Source: Eledone cirrhosa (taxonomy: Eukaryota). From it: 64,000 bases of DNA. Below are positions 43,356-59,233 of the stretch, piece by piece. Location: NCBI GenBank assembly GCA_964016885.1, contig OZ024745.1:68510001-68574000 (forward strand), in the 5' to 3' direction. The position numbers and the translations under genes were made by a program. The notes beneath the pieces were generated by a model. The model worked only from the letters and a program-made list of their open reading frames with translations, had not been told where the DNA came from and ran no database searches. How positions within the stretch are numbered: the first letter of the stretch is position 1; the number at the start of each line of letters is the position of its first letter.

Positions 43356-44226
43356 CACAGGTTCTCAACCCATTTAGGCCAAACGCCCCCTTTTGTCCCT
43401 TGAAATCACGAAACGCCCCACCCCCTACCCTATTTTTCCATTTTTCAATATACTACTAATTTTGATATCAGTAGATTACTAAAAAATTGATTAACAATAT
43501 TCAGGCAGCTGAGAGTATAAATACATTCCTTGAAAGGAAATATATAAATTTAAAAAAAAGGAACATAAATGTTCTTTTTTATGAATAAGGACCAGTTGAA
43601 TTTGTTATATTCCCACCAGGCGATACCAGCTATTTTGAACATTTATCCAAGAGCAACTCTGTCTATCCCAAGAGTGCTCTTATCTGGAAGAAAGTGGCAA
43701 TTATATCATTTCAAAGCTTTCCAATTTTCCCTTTACGGACAGAATAAATGTTGATATCAAACTTGATGTCCCCCTGCTTTGTGAGCTTAGAGACCACGGA
43801 ATAGGGTTTTCATGACCACGCGGGAGGGTATATTTATTAATAAATGGTAAAATATATACAACAAATGAGTAATTGAATTGTAGTAGTTGGTTTCCAGTCC
43901 AGTCAGATGCTTTGTAACAATAGCATATCCAAGTTTTCATATAAATCAACTTACTTTAACTTTGACTCATTTCAATGGGACCCTTGAACTTTATGGAGTC
44001 TAACTAACTCTTTGACGTGAGGCTGAATTTTCCTAAGATGTAGCCAGAGATCTCCAGACATACAAATATGGCTTATAAAACTTACCAAAGTAAAGAGTCT
44101 TCCAGCACCCCCTATCCCCCCCCCCTCAAGCTCCAAACGCCCCCTTAACGCGACCTTGCTCCCAAACGCCCCCTGGAGTTCCGAAACGCCCCATGGGGTG
44201 CATATGCCCCCCGTTGAGAACCTTTG
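43356..44226. mobile_element. Non-autonomous hAT (Charlie-like) DNA transposon
   Basis: TIRs CACAGGTTCTCAAC / GTTGAGAACCTTTG; perfect 8-bp TSD CCTTAGAG (43348-43355, 44227-44234); subterminal AAACGCCCC repeats at both ends. Confidence 0.9.
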
Positions 44227-44688
44227 CCTTAGAGGATCACAGTTTTATAGGAATGTGTATAATTAATTTTAATATATAATAATTTCCAGTGACCAATATA
44301 AATAAATCATCTTTGCTGCTGAGTGTGGACTGTGTAGTAGAAAATGTTGACTTAACAATTTTTTTTAGTGAGGTTTGATCAAGAAATGTCAAAATCTAGG
44401 TTCGTCAACTTATCAAACTGTAAGCTAAAATTAATTTCCTGGGAAAATGGAGCATATAACTGAGTGATGGGGGTGCACATTATAGAACTAACTAGTTTAG
44501 GGGGCTAAATACCCAACCAGCAGCTCTGTTTAGGACACCGCATTGTATTAATGTCGTAGTTTCGAACTTGAATCTCTTCATAGAAAACAATATAGATTAT
44601 AGCCGCCTTACACGTCATAATGTTTATCATATAGAAGAATGTAATAAAGTTTATTCAGATTTCATCACCAACTGTATAAATGCATTAA

Positions 44689-44771
<83 letters not shown>

Positions 44772-44841
44772 ATGATGATGATGATGATAATAATAAATGC
44801 ATTAACCACACACACACACACACACACACGCACACACATAC

Positions 44842-44954
<113 letters not shown>

Positions 44955-46469
44955 GATCATGATGATGATAATAATAAATACATTAACCATATAAAGTCAT
45001 AATAAAGTTTTTCAAAGTATTGATTTACATTTTAATAAACAAAATTAAGGAAACGGAAATACATTAATATAATAATACAAGATGTAATCAAATAATTATT
45101 AAGAAATAATGAGGAGAGAAGGTTGAAGCAGAAAATGATGTTCAGAGTTGGTGAGTGAAGAAAGAATTAACTCTTGTTTAACGTCGTTTATTTCCAGGTT
45201 TGCACGAAGCTTTGAGTTTATCCTCGTTCGATGGGCATTTAGCGGCTGAAAGTACCACACATGCTTCTGGAAGGGATACCAGTCCGGCTCAAAGCTAAAC
45301 CCATTTTCAACTGAGTGGACTGGAACAGCGTTAAATGTTGTTGTTGTTACAGCTCCCACCTATGCAGGTTTAGCTGGCCTCCTCCAAGGTATATCTCGTT
45401 GGAGGTGTCTTGGGTGAGTTAATGGTAGGGAACCCAGTCCTATCATCTCATTTCTACAACTAAGTAAACTGGAGCAACGTGAAATAAAGTGTCTTGCTCA
45501 AGGAAACAACACATCACCCGGTCCGAGAATTGAACTCACAACCTTTCGATTGCAAGCCCAATGCTCTAACCACTAAGCCATCCTTAAATGAGGTTTACGG
45601 ATACAATACATCATCTTGTCAGGGAATCAAACTGATCACCTTATAATGATGAACCCAGCATCTTAAACACTAGGCCACACATCATTTTACTCACGTTTTA
45701 ATAAATGTTATTATTTTTACAATTTTAATTTTATTTATTCTGTCTTTTAACTTATTAATAAACAAACTAAAAAGAAGAGAATGAAAATACTTTAATGTAA
45801 TAAAATCAGAGACAATCTAATAGTTAGAAAGAAACAATGAGGAGAAAAGGTTGAAGTAGATAAAATAATGTTTAGAGCTAGTGAGTGAGAAAGAAAAGCA
45901 GGCAAAAAAATCTAATACAAACATATACAACTGCGCTTTCTTTCACATTAACATAACATCATGTGTTTATATCAGCAACTAAATTTAACTGTTTAGTTTG
46001 TGGAGATGTGAGGATAAGATATCGCAGATAGAACAACATAAAATAAAATAAATTTACAGCGGTTTTTCTTTGGCTTCTTATTCAAACCTTCAAAGAAGGT
46101 ACTGAAATATAAAACCGACAACAAGTAAGAATAAAGATATTTATTTATTACGTGTATGGAAATGATAAAACAATAACTGGTAAGAAAAACAAAATAGATA
46201 TCCAATGATGAATTTTAGAGTGATTTATTATGTGGTTTTTCTCCTTCATAATTTGGAAGTGATTTTATTTTTAAAGAACGAGGTGCCGACAACACAAACG
46301 TCACGAATCAATTGATTTAAGTGTTTTTTCTCCTCACGCAGAAATTCAATTTGTTTTTATTATGGGACTCCTTTCTCACACGGACAATGAGATAAGGTGA
46401 TGAAAATATGGAGCGATTATATATATATATGTGTGTGTTTGTGTGTGAATGTGTGTGATATATATACGT

Positions 46470-46583
<114 letters not shown>

Positions 46584-47906
46584 ATATATATATATAATAT
46601 ATATATACGCACACACACACACACACACATACATGGCTCTCTGAACAAGGCATTGCTCTAACGTGAAATAATATCATTTATAATATCATTTATGTTATTT
46701 TACTTTATAACTGTCAATAAAATCCCCAGTAGATTTTACATTTAGGTAGAGTTGAAACCCCCAAACCATTTTCACTGCGTAGTTGTTTTCTGGGATTATC
46801 TCATCAATCAAACAATCTACTAAAAGCCTTCTAAGTATATTACCCCACTGGGCTGAATTATAGAAACAATAATCTAAATGATTGAGGCTGGAATTGGTAC
46901 AGGCCAATAATTAGCACATAGTTTTCAGCCAGAGAAGGTAGTGTCTTTATTATACAAACATTTAGGGCGGGGAATTTGCAGAATCGGTTGAGCATTGGAT
47001 AAAATGTATTGTAGTATTTTTCCGAGTCTTTCCGTTCTGACTTCAAATTCCGCCAAGGTCAAATCCCGTCAGACAAAATACTTTGCAGAATTTACTGACG
47101 ACATTCTACTTTTTGAGTTCAGATCCTGCCGATAGCAACTCTGCCTTTTATCATTCTGTAATCGATAGAATATATGACCAGTTAAGTACTGGAGGCTATA
47201 AAACAGAATGTCAGTTACGTACTGAGATTGATATAATCGATTTTCCCTTCCCCAAAATTGCTCACCTTATACCAATATTAGAAAGAATTATACAAACAGT
47301 TAATGCGATTTCTAGAATCAAACAGGTCTTGGATGAAATGCTCATAGGTAACACCAGAGAATAATATGTATTAATGGTATAGTGTATATATGACATTTTG
47401 TATCAGTTATTAGACTGAGGGCATCCTGTCGCACCGCTATAAGGGGATTTAGTCTATCATATCAACTCTAATACTTATTTTCATATCTGGTAATTAGTTT
47501 ATCAATCTCCTTTTGTCGAATAGCTGTGTTACGTGACATTATAATCATGAACCCAACACTCTAACCTCCAGGACGAGAGCCTTCACAAATTATCTGTGCA
47601 CATTACGTATATGATTTCTTACATAGGCATAATGTTAGAAATTTTGGGCTCATGGATTCGTCATTCTTTTAGATTTTTACTGGTTTCAGTCATTATATTG
47701 CGGCCATGCTGGGTCGCAACTGCGAAAAACGTATGTGAGCTTCGTGACAATTGAAACGATATCTCTTTAACTGGTGTTTAAATATAACATTTTTGGTCTC
47801 ATCCTTCATTATGGAAACAACTAACGTCAATCTGGAAGCCTACACATTGACTGAACAATGAGAAAATAATGATAGATTCTATAGGAATTACACTGAAATT
47901 TCTTTA

Positions 47907-48787
47907 CTTTCTCTGTCGAAAAGGTATCCGACGTTAGACTGGGAAAAATTCATACTTGGTGAAGTTCAATTGCTAATCCGCTTTGATCCGCTTGTATCTC
48001 CAAAGATTCAGTCCAGCGATCATTCGACTGTTTGAAACACATTTGGACTGCTTCTTCCGAAACGACCCTTAGCTCCACTGGTGTAGCCCGCATGATGCCC
48101 TTTCTTCTCTCAAACGGGAAGCCTTTCAGTGGCATCTTGATTTTTAGGAACAACCAGAAGTCAGAAAGAATCATATATGTAGAGTAGGGAGCCTGGTGAA
48201 TGGGCAAAATAACTTTCTTTACCAAGAAACCTTGGATTCGATGCGATGAGTCAGCCGGGGCAATGTCATGATACAGCTGCCAGTTTTGCGAGACTCAGAA
48301 ATCCGGCCTTATGCGCCATGTGGCATCACGAATACTTTGGAAGACTCTCTGATAACTATCTGGTCTTTTGGTAGTTATTTGAGATGCCCAATGCATCGGT
48401 AGTCGAGGAAAACAGCCAGAATTATCTTGATTTTGCTCCGCAATTGATCTGCGTTTTAGGCCTAAGGGACTTTGGATGCTTCCACTATGATGACTGGCTT
48501 TAGTTTCCAGATCAAACCTGTACACCCACGTCTCATTTCCAGGTAACATAGTAGTCAAGAAAACAGGTTAATTGTTGTTAGTGTCGGACGAAATGAAAAT
48601 GCAATAATACCTGAGTAGTACAGCACCTCACACGCTGGCTGCCAGACAGCGACTGACACAATCAGTGAGCTCGCCACAATTTGCGGATGCGCATGAATGT
48701 ATGTGGCTCTATTCTGAGCACTTTGGTTTCATTAACATCATTACTCGATGAAATGATAAAGTCGGATACTTTTTTCAACAGATCTCG
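47907..48787 (-). mobile_element. Mariner (Tc1/mariner) element, internally deleted and decayed
   Basis: GNETWV (GDETW), WQLYHD.A (LHDNA) and HQAPYS...SDFWLF (YSPDLAP) motifs; TIRs TCTGTCGAAAAGGTATCCGAC / GTCGGATACTTTTTTCAACAGA; TA after the right TIR. Confidence 0.9.
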
Positions 48788-48884
48788 TAATATTAAATTA
48801 ACAAGCAGAAAGATCAGAGATTAATCTCTCGAGTCACACAGAAGTCAAAGACCAAACGAAGTGAATCTAGGACTATTGATCTCA

Positions 48885-48956
<72 letters not shown>

Positions 48957-49069
48957 GGTCGTATATATATATATATACGAACACATACACACAAATATGT
49001 TTGTGTGTATATATATATATAGGTGTGTGTATGAATATATACATATACACCATGTATATATATATATAT

Positions 49070-49440
<371 letters not shown>

Positions 49441-49455
49441 CATATATATATATAT

Positions 49456-49486
<31 letters not shown>

Positions 49487-49515
49487 AACGGAAAAAATGA
49501 AACGATATTTATATA

Positions 49516-49593
<78 letters not shown>

Positions 49594-49626
49594 CATACAT
49601 ATATATATACATACATACATATATAT

Positions 49627-49693
<67 letters not shown>

Positions 49694-49706
49694 CATACAT
49701 ATATAT

Positions 49707-49756
<50 letters not shown>

Positions 49757-49809
49757 TGAGAGAGAAAGAGAGAGTGAGAGAGTGAGAGAGAAAGACCGAG
49801 CAAGAGAGT

Positions 49810-49890
<81 letters not shown>

Positions 49891-50362
49891 CAGACGTAGA
49901 TGAAATTACATATATCCTCAACTGTCACGAGTTGATAGATGGTGTATTGATGTAGTAAATCACAGTAGTAACAGAGAACAACAATACAGAATATGGCGGC
50001 AACATGAACTGATTGACTAACAACACGTGATTAGCAACATCACGTCAAGACAGCCGCCAAAATTATTGACTGGATCTATAGGTATTTGATTTTTATCGAT
50101 TAAGCAATCGATAGAGATCCATTTCACAGACATCGGCCGAGTTGGCAACAATGAAACATCTTTTCTTTTATTTTCTTTCTTTTCATGGTTTCAATTATTA
50201 TCCTACGGCCATGCTCGGACACTACTTTGGGGTAGTTGATCATATCATCTCTACGACTTCATTTTTCGCATTTAGTAATTATTCTGTCGATATCTTTTTC
50301 TCAAACCACCAACTCATAGAACATAGCCATAAGCACAAACAGATATATCCCTCCTCGCCCTC

Positions 50363-50441
<79 letters not shown>

Positions 50442-50679
50442 AAAAACATGGGGAGAAGAATACTGCATGGTTGCACATGGATTACATATTATAAAATTAG
50501 TCCCTCATCAGTGATTTGCCAACGATCATTGGTATTTCATCGCATATATATATATATATAGAATGATTCCAGTTCCTCAGAGGAATAACAACACAACCAG
50601 GAGCTGGACATATCGATGTATTGACGGAGTAAAACACACTTCAACAACATGTGTACCTGTCTTTCCCACACCAATTCGG

Positions 50680-50734
50680 ACTGCCTGAAGAGGTCACAGC
50701 CAATGATGGCTGTCACCGAAATATATATACCAGT
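50680..50734 (+). ncRNA. Type I hammerhead ribozyme, family F2 paralog (element ~50560-50880)
   Basis: ACTGC-CTGAAGA-GGTCACAGCCA-ATGA-TGGCTGTCACC-GAAA-TATATA-TA-CCAGT; first helix I pair mismatched. Confidence 0.7.
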
Positions 50735-50901
50735 ATATCTATAATTTATAATAAACGAAGCCAAATTTTACATATTTGACTTAATTATTTTACATCACTC
50801 CGGAGTAAACAAACCAACCTGCGTACTTCGTCGAGTGCTCCAATCTGCATACTGAGGGGTGTCGGTAAACAACCAACATATACTATATATATATAGAGAG
50901 C

Positions 50902-51009
<108 letters not shown>

Positions 51010-52216
51010 TGCAAGCTCTGCTAAGAGTATTGCAATCGCTTGTCAGATTATAGAGTTTGGTGCACTTTTAGGCTATCGCCAGCCACACAAACCTGTAACA
51101 TATCCTGAACAAGTAATGCCTGCGCTTTGAAGGTTTTTTAAGTGGGGCAAGGCCTTGCACTCGAAATCCCACTCTCTGAGCATCGAAAACAGTGCCCGAA
51201 AAGCAGAACTGGTCAATATTATCGGATGCTTCTGAAGCCGTAGGTTTTTTTTTTCAGAGTTTCCCTCTCCCAGAAAGATGTTGTAGGATATCCGTAGATG
51301 AAAAGTCAAGGAAAACAATGCTCAATATATTGCAAGAGAGCTTATTTAGTATAAATAATATTTCATACACTTAACATGTATGTGCGACCATTGATTTCGG
51401 GGTTCAGTTATGGCCACCACTATATAGTGGAGGAGACACTTCCAAACTGATCCCTCATCGGGCGCGCTGACAAATATACGAAAAAAAACTATATTTATCC
51501 GCGTGCCCGATAAAATCAGATCGTAAAGGGACGTAACTATATTCTGCAAAGCATATTGTCCGACACCCTATCTATACTGCCAATCTCCCGCCCTGCTAAA
51601 TAAAAATAATAATACAATTAAAGGGGTTATTTTTTTTTAACTTCGATCTCTGGCTTACATTTCACTAAGCGATATGTCAGATAATATATTGACCTCCATC
51701 AACTACGACGATACAGCCTGCTCGCGAAATTAATGTGCAAGGGGTTGAGCATTCCACAGACATGTGTACCTTTAATGTATATTCACGTTGACACAAGGTG
51801 TGACATGGCTGGTCTTTTAGATTACAAGTACAGCTCATTTCTGTTAGCAGCTGAGCGGACTGGAGTGTCATGAAATATAGTGTTTTGCTTAACGACACAA
51901 CCCGTCACCGGGAACTGAACTCACGATCTTACGATCGGAATCTAATTGGCTAAACCCCTAATCCATGCACAGGCATAGCAGCGTGGTTTAGCAGTACAAT
52001 TCGCAGCCAGGTGGTTCTAGGTTCAATCTCTCTGCTGTGCATATTGAGCAAAATGTCTTCTACGATATACGCTCGCCATGTGGAATTTGTTAGACGGAAT
52101 CTGTAAAAACCCATCATATATATATTGGTAAAAGGAAAAGAAGATATCCCTAATATATTTCTAATATATTTCCTTCCTAATACACTAAACACTTTTCTGA
52201 AGCGGGACAACACAAT

Positions 52217-52253
<37 letters not shown>

Positions 52254-52260
<7 letters not shown>

Positions 52261-52626
52261 TAAAAGGAAAAGAAAATGCTGACAAATTGTTCCCAGTGAA
52301 AAATAGTTTAATTAGGAATAAGTAAAAATTAGTAATAAGTATTGGTTAGTATTCAGTTTTGGTTTTAAGTTTTTACCGGTTGCGCATTTCTAATGCTTTT
52401 CAAAAATAATTTTGAGATAGAGCGCCCGTGATGTTTGCTCTACAAGCATCACGGGCGCTCTATCTCAAAATTATTTTTGAAAAGCATTAGAAATGCGCAA
52501 CCGGTAAAACTTAAAACCAAAACTGAATACTAACCAATATTATTACTAATTTTTACTTATTCCTAATTAAACTATTTTTCACTGGGAACAATTTGTCAGC
52601 ATTTTCTTTTCCTTTTACCAATATAT
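52254..52626. mobile_element. ~370-bp near-perfect palindromic element
   Basis: ATATTGGTAAAAGGAAAAGAAAATGCTGAC... mirrored to ...CCTTTTACCAATAT; centre ~52440; degenerate HHR-like TTGAAAA..GAAA-TGCGCA at ~52477-52500. Confidence 0.8.
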
Positions 52627-53713
52627 CACAACTCGTGTGTTACACCTCTATTCTTATATATAATATAGATGTGTTTATAGTGGAGTTCTTCACTATTATC
52701 TTTGGTAAGGTAAGAGAAGCTTTAGGCACAGTACAATCTTCAGTTCATCAGCATTTTAAAACGAGCGACTTATTCATGACAGAGCATAATTTTATATATA
52801 TATATATGTATTCATGTGTGTGTGGCGGGGGGGGGGGTATGTGTGTGAGTGTGTGGGGGTGTGAGAGGGAGACTAAGAGAATGTGTTTACATTTGTGTCT
52901 GTGTTTATCTTCCGTAATTTAACAGTTCGAGAAAACGAGAGCTATAATATAAGAACCGGACTTGTAAAAATAAGAAATGGAATCGATATTATCGATTAAA
53001 TGAAGGTGGTGCTCCAGTATGGCCTCAGTCTAATGACTGAAATCAGTAAAAAAAGAGTAAGGATGGTGGGGTGCAAAGTTTTGTAAATTCCAATCTCCGT
53101 ATCTTGTGTAACTATGCGATATATCAGCCAATAATACAGGGCGAGAGACGCTAACTTCAGTTCGATATATCGATTACGACTCAGCCAAAAGGCATCTTAA
53201 ATATTAAAACTCCTCAGAAGTAGCCACCACCTCATACTCACACCACACACACACCAGTCCTGTTTCCAATAGGAAAAGCTATCGAACTGTTAGTTTTCAA
53301 TCATAACTAATCAGGGAAGTATTGCTTTGACTTGCTTCACGCTTATAAGTCCCAGTATCTTATCTCTCTTATCTCCCTTGTCTTCTTTCAAATCAGCTTT
53401 TCTATAGTTTCCTTTTCTTTCTTACTCTCTCTACTTCCCTTTCTCTCTCACTGGGTCTCTCCCTCTATATTTCTGTTTATCTATAATTTTAGCTCTTAGA
53501 CTCTCTCTCTCTCTCCCTCACACATACATCCTCCATACCTGTCTAACTGTCTATCTGTTTCTCTCTCTCTCTCTCCCTGTCACTATCTCCAGTCCTCAAT
53601 GTCTCTATCTCCCTGTCCCTCAATCTGCCACTCTCTCTCTCTCCCCACTCTCTCTGTCACTATCTCCCGCTCTCAATGTCTCTATCTCCCTGTCCCTCAA
53701 TCTGCCCCCTCCC

Positions 53714-53798
<85 letters not shown>

Positions 53799-54064
53799 CT
53801 CATATTCCCTCCTCTTACATCGTTCTATTTCTACTGAAAAAAATAAAGATTACATTCGTCTCGACTTCAGCCGGTTACTTTTATCCTTATCTTATTATGT
53901 ATTGATATCTGTAAGTACATGCGCGTGCACACGCACACACATACATGTATACACACACACACACATATATATTTATATACATAGACTGATATGAACTTAC
54001 ATACATATGCATATATGCATTCTATATATATATATATATATATACCTACATGCAAATGTATATC

Positions 54065-54105
<41 letters not shown>

Positions 54106-54211
54106 CTACATACATATGCATATCTACATATATATATATATGTATATATGTATATATATATATACATATATACATATATATATATATATCTTATGTGATA
54201 TATATATATAT

Positions 54212-54281
<70 letters not shown>

Positions 54282-54384
54282 ATATATATATATCACATAA
54301 GATATATATATATGTATATATGTATATATATATACATATATACATAAATATATATATATGAGGTATGCATATGTACGTAGGTAC

Positions 54385-54416
<32 letters not shown>

Positions 54417-54436
54417 GTAGATATGCATTTGCATGT

Positions 54437-54495
<59 letters not shown>

Positions 54496-54600
54496 GCATA
54501 TATGCATATGTATGTAAGTGCATATCAGTCTATGTATATAAATATATATGTGTGTGTATGTATACATGTATGTGTATGCGTGTGCACACACGTACATGTA

Positions 54601-54672
<72 letters not shown>

Positions 54673-54674
54673 TG

Positions 54675-54726
<52 letters not shown>

Positions 54727-54786
54727 CATATATGTATATATATATACTTGTGTGTATATATATGCAAGTATATGTATATATATATA

Positions 54787-54837
<51 letters not shown>

Positions 54838-54941
54838 TTGTATATATATATATATATATACACACACAAGTATATATATATATATATATATACACACCCA
54901 CAAGTATATATATATATACATATATGTACGTATATATATGC

Positions 54942-54990
<49 letters not shown>

Positions 54991-55054
54991 TATATATATA
55001 TCACATAAGATATATATATATGTATATATGTATATATATATACATACATACATA

Positions 55055-55126
<72 letters not shown>

Positions 55127-55178
55127 TATATATATATGTATACAAACATACAAACATATATATATATATATATATACT

Positions 55179-55256
<78 letters not shown>

Positions 55257-55605
55257 CAGGATACAATACGTATCTGAAAATATAAGATATCTTACACCTT
55301 CGAATTGTATAATATCATATTTACATTATCAAGAAGCAACACAAAGACATAGCTTAATACACCAGAAAGTCTACCAGTAGTAAAACAGAAACTAATTACC
55401 ATACACCAGTCAGGCATAAGCCACTACAATATACCAGTAACACAACAGGCAAAACAACCATAACTGCAGAAATTCTAGAAGGACAAAGTAATGCAGGGAA
55501 GGAAACGCAAAAAGGCAGAGGTAGGTGTGGATGGACTGAAGATGCAACAGTATTTAAGGAGCACCGGACTGATTGCAGAGAGAGAGAAAGAGAGAGAGAG
55601 ATGGA

Positions 55606-55713
<108 letters not shown>

Positions 55714-57056
55714 CTAATAATCGCAGCACCACAGGACTGAATACAGAAAGAGAGTGAGCCAGATAACCGCAGCACAAGACAAAACTATCGCAACCAGATC
55801 CTAGCAGCACCATATCATCAAAGTTGGAACATATCCACAATGGAGGTTGTGTGGAAAAGTCAAGAAAAAAAAACCCTTCCGAATATATTGTCTGAAGTTG
55901 TTCGGAACTGGCGGAAAAGAATACATTAATAATCGTAACCCGACAATAACGTACTTATATTGGAAAAAATACAGGAATTACAAGATCAAGTCACCTGAGA
56001 AATAGTCCAATCATCAGCCAAACAGGTATCTGAGGCAATGACCAACTCTGACGGAAAATAAAAATATATTCTTCAAACGTAGTAAAGTAAAATAAAGATT
56101 GTATGGTTGATGTGGTTACAACTGCAGCCAGCTTGTTGTTGTGGACTGTATAGATAACATAGAGAAAAGATGATAGTGTTGGCTAAAGAACCCGATTGTT
56201 GCCTGGTATCATCAATGTTGCTCAGCTACGTTGATGCAACAATACAGTCAGAACTTGCCAAAATCATTATGTTGATAGCCATTGAAAGAAATATCCCACA
56301 GCAAAAGTTGTTTGAATATGTATACATTCTGCCAATAACCAACCTGTAGAGACCCGATTTTTTTTAAGCGGACCAGCACTAAGTTCCACGTCTTGGAAAT
56401 CTTTCACTTTTAACTTTTGTTTGTAGATTGCCATGTCGTACAATACTATATGAATACAAATGGACGACTGTCGGTTTCGACAATGAGAGATCTAGAAGTC
56501 CGATCTACAGAACAGTCCAATGGTGGAATTAACGTATAAATGGCCAAGCTTTCCACAGGCTTATATATCCTTACGTAATTCTCATGATTCAACGCGACAT
56601 AGTATGTAACAAATCTATGTCTTTGAATCACAGGTAAAGTTTATCTGACTAGCATCAAAGCAACTTCTCTCTACCCAATCTCACTCACAAGTTCGATCCG
56701 AAGTTAATAACACTTGCCCAAGATGCACGCAGTGAAATCGAATCCAGGATTTCATGATTGCGAAACAAACGTTTTAACTATTCGGCCGTCTGTAAACAGA
56801 GGGAGCTTGTACTTAGTAATTCAACTCGATAGAAATAGCAAGCAAATTATCTTCAAATCACTTCCTTCCTTTTGTGGGATGGTGGTTATGGTAATCCGAC
56901 TAAGAAGCTAGTGTGGAGTCAGGTCAAATTATGATTGCACGTTTAATAGCTCTAAAATAATATTGTGATTTTGTTGGTTGAAAATATAATTTGCAGTAAA
57001 TGTTTAAAAATATTTACAAAATATGTTACCAAGATTTTCATAGGAAGTAATATCAA

Positions 57057-57264
<208 letters not shown>

Positions 57265-57296
57265 CTGTATATCTATATACATACATATACATTCAT

Positions 57297-57427
<131 letters not shown>

Positions 57428-57432
57428 TATCT

Positions 57433-57477
<45 letters not shown>

Positions 57478-58513
57478 CGTGTGTATATATTTCATGTACG
57501 CCGAGAGTTCAGTCCTCTTTCTAATCTTTTCTTAAATTAATATCTGGCAAGGCAACGGAAGTGAGAAGGCATTACATGTTATATTTATAGTTCATGATAG
57601 GAGGGAATTAAAATTGGTAGTACAACTCACTGCTTTTCTTTTCATTCAAAATAGTTTTTTATTTGAATACAGATTACATATGAGATAATATTATGATTCA
57701 AAACAGGAAATAGCTAATAATTAAAAACGTTCATGTATGTGATAATAGTTGTAAAATTTAAAAATTAAAAAGAAAATATGTATTTTCTTTTTTGTAAACA
57801 AAAATCGTACAAACGTAGCTGATCTCTCGGACTTTTACGAAGCGCTGATGGGATAAACTTAAAATATTGAGTGAAGGGCTAATGCGCGGTGATGATATAA
57901 GGTAACTTATAAAATAGGGTGAAGATCCTTAGAGACGGAAAATGAAGTTATCAACGGCCGTTCAAGAAATTGAACTTCGTACCTCCCAAATATGGGCTAG
58001 GCCTAACTGATATCTGGAACATACGAGGTTCAATTCTTCTTTTTCCGTCTCTAAGAGTCTTCTCTTTGTTTTAAAGGTTATCATAGTATCTCTGCACGTG
58101 AGCCCAACATTCTTTATATTAATGGTTTTTTTTTATTTATTTACTTCTTATTTTTTTTCGCCTTTTCCCGCTGACAAACCCCCCCCCCCCATTCCATTCT
58201 CATTCACTCGCACTCCATTTAATCATTTCATAATTGTATTTTAGTGGAAATGACTACCAATGATGTTCTCACAGTTTAAATGTTATAACAAAATTTGGAA
58301 GGTATTAGTAATATAATTAATTTCCTCATTATTAAGTTCGTGTTTGAAGTATAACAACAAAGTTCAACTATAAAATTACGATAAAAGACAGTTATATAAA
58401 TATATACAGTTTAACCCTTTTGTTACAGTATTTTTAATGAAATTCGTTACTTATGCGGTGGAACTGTGAAGGCCAGGGTGGGGAGTGGGGGACATGGCCA
58501 CCTGAATAATAAC

Positions 58514-58693
58514 TGTTTCTACTTTTGGCACAAGGCCAGTAATAACCCACTACATTACTGGTACTTTATTTTATCGACCCCGTAAGGATGAAAAGCAAAA
58601 TTAACCTCGGTGGGATTTGAACTCAGACCATAAAGGGCCGTAACTCTTTGTTGCAAAGCATGGCGTCCGACCCTCTACCGATATTGCCAATCC
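58514..58693 (-). mobile_element. Meta-like SINE
   Basis: Family body on the minus strand; GAATAATAA on both flanks. Confidence 0.85.
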
Positions 58694-58731
58694 AGAATAA
58701 TAATATTTAATATAAAGTAGTTGCATCTTCC

Positions 58732-58896
58732 AGAATGAGGTTTAAATCCCGGAGCCTCTCTCTGCGGAAGGGGAAATTAGCGGGATCAGTGATATTTACA
58801 GTAGCCAACCAACAGTGGCTGAGAAACCAGTCAAAAGCCTCGGAAGATGGTATGACGACACTCTGAAAGATACAGAAAGGGGAGCTGAAACCAAGC
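58732..58896 (+). mobile_element. HERO/NeSL-like RLE LINE RT fragment
   Basis: Translates (with frameshift) to RMRFKSRSLSLRKGK ... PTVAEKPVKSLGRWYDDTLKD, typical of the post-RT region of this clade. Confidence 0.65.
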
Positions 58897-59115
58897 TAAT
58901 GTTCTCCTTTGTTTGCATATCGCTATTAAGCTTCTAAAAATAACGGGAAAAAGCTGGGTGGGTTCATTGACCTAATGGTAGCGCACTCGTCCGACAATTA
59001 AAAGGTGTGGATTCGGCTCCCGTGTATGCTGATACCCGTGTTTTTTCCCGTTCGATGGGTTTATACGCCCCATTATTAAACTATATTTTAGTCAAAAATA
59101 TTACGTTGAAAATTC

Positions 59116-59212
<97 letters not shown>

Positions 59213-59233
59213 GTTTAAGAGTAACCAATCTTA

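Noticed and set aside
56100-56640. Possible decayed DNA-transposon coding remnant (AWYHQC-like motif)
   Set aside because: Too short and frameshifted to assign by eye.
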